A program made the translations under genes and the position numbers. DNA of 64,000 nucleotides from Myxococcota bacterium. GTDB lineage: Bacteria; Myxococcota_A; SURF-8; G963663525. Below the pieces are notes generated by a model, which was not told the DNA's origin, did not search any database, and was given only the letters and a program-made list of their open reading frames with translations. Every line of letters begins with the position of its first letter. Positions within the stretch are counted from its first letter, which is position 1. The DNA is taken from NCBI GenBank assembly GCA_963676915.2, contig CAXXVK010000067.1, forward strand, positions 160,001 to 224,000. Reading direction: 5' to 3'. This document shows positions 61,663 through 64,000 of the stretch, in pieces.

Positions 61663-62259
61663 TTAATTCTTTTGGTTCAATTCCGTCAGTCGTTCCAAAT
61701 CGGCGGGCACACTACTATTTAGCCAATCGGTTCCACCGATGATTTTCCTGCGGACAACGCCGGAAGCATCCAGTAGAAAGCTGGAGGGTAGGGCGTCTAC
61801 ACCCCAGTGCTGCATTGCTTCGCCGGATGGGTCGAACCATAATTTGTAACTGTGCGATTGGCCAAGGCTTCTGAAAACTTCCTCCTGGCTGGAATAGTCT
61901 ACGGCGACCACGACGGCAGCGACGGATTCGGGCAGTTGTCCGGCCATTCGTGCGAAAGGTTTCGATTCTTTCAGGCAGACACCGCACCAAGGCGCCCAGA
62001 ACCGGACGATTGCCGGTTTCCCTTTCAAGTCGGAGATCTGTACCGTTTGCCCGCTAGCTTCTTTAAAGGCCGTATTCGGGGCCGGATGTCGCAAGTCGGG
62101 AGCGGAGGTGTTTTCAACCGGGCCGAGATCGAGATCCGTGGTTTTGTGGCGGGACATCGGCAAACTGGTTAACAAAACGTATGCCATGATAAACAGCGCC
62201 AAAGGTCGCCACAGATCCAACAGTGACTTTTTGCGTTCTTTAGGTTCTTTTGGGTTCAT
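61663..62259 (-). CDS. TlpA/ResA-like membrane-anchored thioredoxin
   Basis: N-terminal TM, FWAPWCGVC, ALPSSFLLD. Confidence 0.9.
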   Translation of the reverse strand: MNPKEPKERKKSLLDLWRPLALFIMAYVLLTSLPMSRHKTTDLDLGPVENTSAPDLRHPAPNTAFKEASGQTVQISDLKGKPAIVRFWAPWCGVCLKESKPFARMAGQLPESVAAVVVAVDYSSQEEVFRSLGQSHSYKLWFDPSGEAMQHWGVDALPSSFLLDASGVVRRKIIGGTDWLNSSVPADLERLTELNQKN

Positions 62260-62264
62260 TGTGT

Positions 62265-62292
62265 AAAAAAACGGGGCGCGAAATGCGCCCCG
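62265..62292 (-). terminator. Rho-independent terminator after prkA
   Basis: CGGGGCGC/GCGCCCCG stem followed by T7 on the minus strand. Confidence 0.7.
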
Positions 62293-62319
62293 CTGTGTTG
62301 TGGTAAAAAAGCTGTTGAA

Positions 62320-64000
62320 TTACTTCGTGTCGCCACGGGCAAAGATCGATGCCACGTAGTTGAGAATATCGGTGGCTGACTGCTCGTTGTACCCGTAGTT
62401 TTTGATCAACCGTTGCTTGACGATATCGATTTTCTCTTGGGTTTCTTTGTCCACGACATCGGAAACCAACGTTGTCAACTTGATCGAATCCTTTCGGTCC
62501 TCGAACAGTTTTCGTTCCAAGGCTCGGTCGAGCCGTTCGTTGGAGCGATAGTCGAACTTCTTGCCCTCAAGAGCCAATGCGCCGATATAATTCATGATTT
62601 CACGACGGAAATCATCTTTGCGCGACTCGGGAATGTCGATTTTCTCTTCAATCGAGCGCATCAGTTGCTCGTCCGGTTCTTCGTAAGCGCCGGTGTAGAT
62701 GTTTTTAACTTTTTCCTTCTGTGTGTACGCCTTGATATTGTCCACGTAGTTGGCACAGAGTTTCGAGATGGCGTCTTCGTCGGCGGTGATGGCGCGTTGC
62801 ACCTCGTTCTTGATGATTTCTTCGTATTCCTGCCGTACCAGTCCCAAAAGTTCCCGGTAGCGATCCCGGTCCTTTTCGTTGGTAATCAGCGAGTGGTTCC
62901 GCAGCCCGGCTTCGAGCTGATTCATCACCATGAACGGGCTGATCTGGCCTTCCTCGGCGTAACGAACCAGCGAGTTGGAGATTTTATCCTGCACGTAGCG
63001 GGGAGAAATACCCTGCAATCCCTCTCTCAGTGCGGCTTTACGCAACTCCACAACGGTGTCTTCGGTATAGTCCGGAAGGGCTTTGCCGTCGTACAGTTTC
63101 AGTTTCTGCATAATGTTGATATTGCCGCTCGATTCCTCCAGCCGGGTGAGTACCGCCCACATGGCAGCGATTTCGAAGGTGTGGGGTGCGATGTGGATGT
63201 CCGTCTGTTTCGAACCGAAATCCTTTTCGTAGATTTTTTTCTCTTCCGAGTACCGGGTGATGTATGGAATATCCACCTTGACGGTACGATCCCGCAAGGC
63301 TTCCATGTACTCGTTATTTTGAAGTTTTTTGTATTCCGGCTCGTTGGTGTGGCCGATGATCACCTCGTCGATATCCGTCTGCGAGAATTTCTTTGGCTTG
63401 ATTTTGTGTTCCTGGCTGGCTCCAAGAAGGTCGTACAGGAACGCTACGTCGAGTTTGAGCACTTCGACGAATTCGATCAACCCACGGTTGGCCACGTTGA
63501 ATTCACCGTCGAAGTTGAAGGCGCGAGGGTCGGAGTCGGAACCGTAGATTGCGATTTTCCGGTAGTTGATATCACCGGTCAACTCGGTGGAATCCTGGTT
63601 CTTTTCGTCCTTGGGCTGGAACGTTCCGATACCGATGCGGTCCTGCTCGCTCATGATCAGTCGCCGGACCTGGATGTGCTTTTTCAGCACCTTGCTCCAA
63701 TCGCCTTCGTACTGTTTCATGAACTCAGTATAATAGTAGCGGGATACGGGGCAGAGATCCCCTTGCACCAGGTAGCGGTACAGTTTTTCGCCTTTATGTT
63801 CCTCGTTGAGTTTGGCGAGGAATTCCTTGCGAATCTCGGGCGGAATCAGCAGCAGAGGTTCTTCGTGCATGGGGGAAGGAACGAACTCCTGCTCGCCGTT
63901 TTCCCCTTTCACGATCCAATCGAAGGTGTAGAGTTGGCCTTCTTCGGTCTGGCTGTAGGCTTCCAGCCCTTTTTTAAGCATTCGCACCACGGTGCTTTTC
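62320..64000 (-). CDS. prkA: PrkA/YeaG family serine protein kinase (5' part outside the window)
   Basis: [55 protein letters not shown]. Confidence 0.93.
   Translation of the reverse strand, partial: KSTVVRMLKKGLEAYSQTEEGQLYTFDWIVKGENGEQEFVPSPMHEEPLLLIPPEIRKEFLAKLNEEHKGEKLYRYLVQGDLCPVSRYYYTEFMKQYEGDWSKVLKKHIQVRRLIMSEQDRIGIGTFQPKDEKNQDSTELTGDINYRKIAIYGSDSDPRAFNFDGEFNVANRGLIEFVEVLKLDVAFLYDLLGASQEHKIKPKKFSQTDIDEVIIGHTNEPEYKKLQNNEYMEALRDRTVKVDIPYITRYSEEKKIYEKDFGSKQTDIHIAPHTFEIAAMWAVLTRLEESSGNINIMQKLKLYDGKALPDYTEDTVVELRKAALREGLQGISPRYVQDKISNSLVRYAEEGQISPFMVMNQLEAGLRNHSLITNEKDRDRYRELLGLVRQEYEEIIKNEVQRAITADEDAISKLCANYVDNIKAYTQKEKVKNIYTGAYEEPDEQLMRSIEEKIDIPESRKDDFRREIMNYIGALALEGKKFDYRSNERLDRALERKLFEDRKDSIKLTTLVSDVVDKETQEKIDIVKQRLIKNYGYNEQSATDILNYVASIFARGDTK

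Overview
Gene-dense bacterial chromosomal window with a deltaproteobacterial/Myxococcota-like gene content (sigma54 two-component systems, a MYXO-CTERM-type surface protein, a Ser/Thr kinase, PrkA). About 15-20 single-base frameshifts split otherwise intact genes, several in homopolymer runs, so they are most likely long-read assembly indels. Gene models below are joined across them. Left to right: a partial multi-PAS sensor; an AraC(YqhC-like)/cupin/Fe-ADH/CMD-cupin/DUF362 detoxification-type cluster ending in a truncated aldo-keto reductase; a DUF1566 acidic-repeat lipoprotein and a MarR unit that share a duplicated operator; integrase and DUF4143 ATPase remnants; a sigma54-driven operon (USP-like, cytidylate-kinase-like, TauE/SafE, REC, PEP-synthase-like phosphotransferase, HAMP kinase) with its activator and a divergent catalytically stripped paralogue of the phosphotransferase; trkA-trkH; an acyltransferase-3; a phasin-like/ParA pair; comEC; a ~1,950-aa S8 protease/Cys-repeat surface protein; NFACT; Rrf2; a secreted protein with a possible Cys-rich tail; a 206-bp rod-like inverted repeat; M32 carboxypeptidase; Ser/Thr kinase; xseB; tlyA; M19 dipeptidase; a sigma54-promoted small ORF facing a CHASE-PAS kinase/NtrC-type pair; an Hpt-REC/HEAT/GT2/unknown/lipoprotein/TPR-YaiO putative exopolysaccharide operon; acs; a TlpA-like thioredoxin; and partial prkA. 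No rRNA, tRNA or CRISPR array was seen. The strongest candidates for an undescribed system are the TauE/PEP-synthase-like signalling cluster (10.2-20.6 kb), the GT2/HEAT/YaiO operon (51.2-59.1 kb) and the phasin-like/ParA pair.
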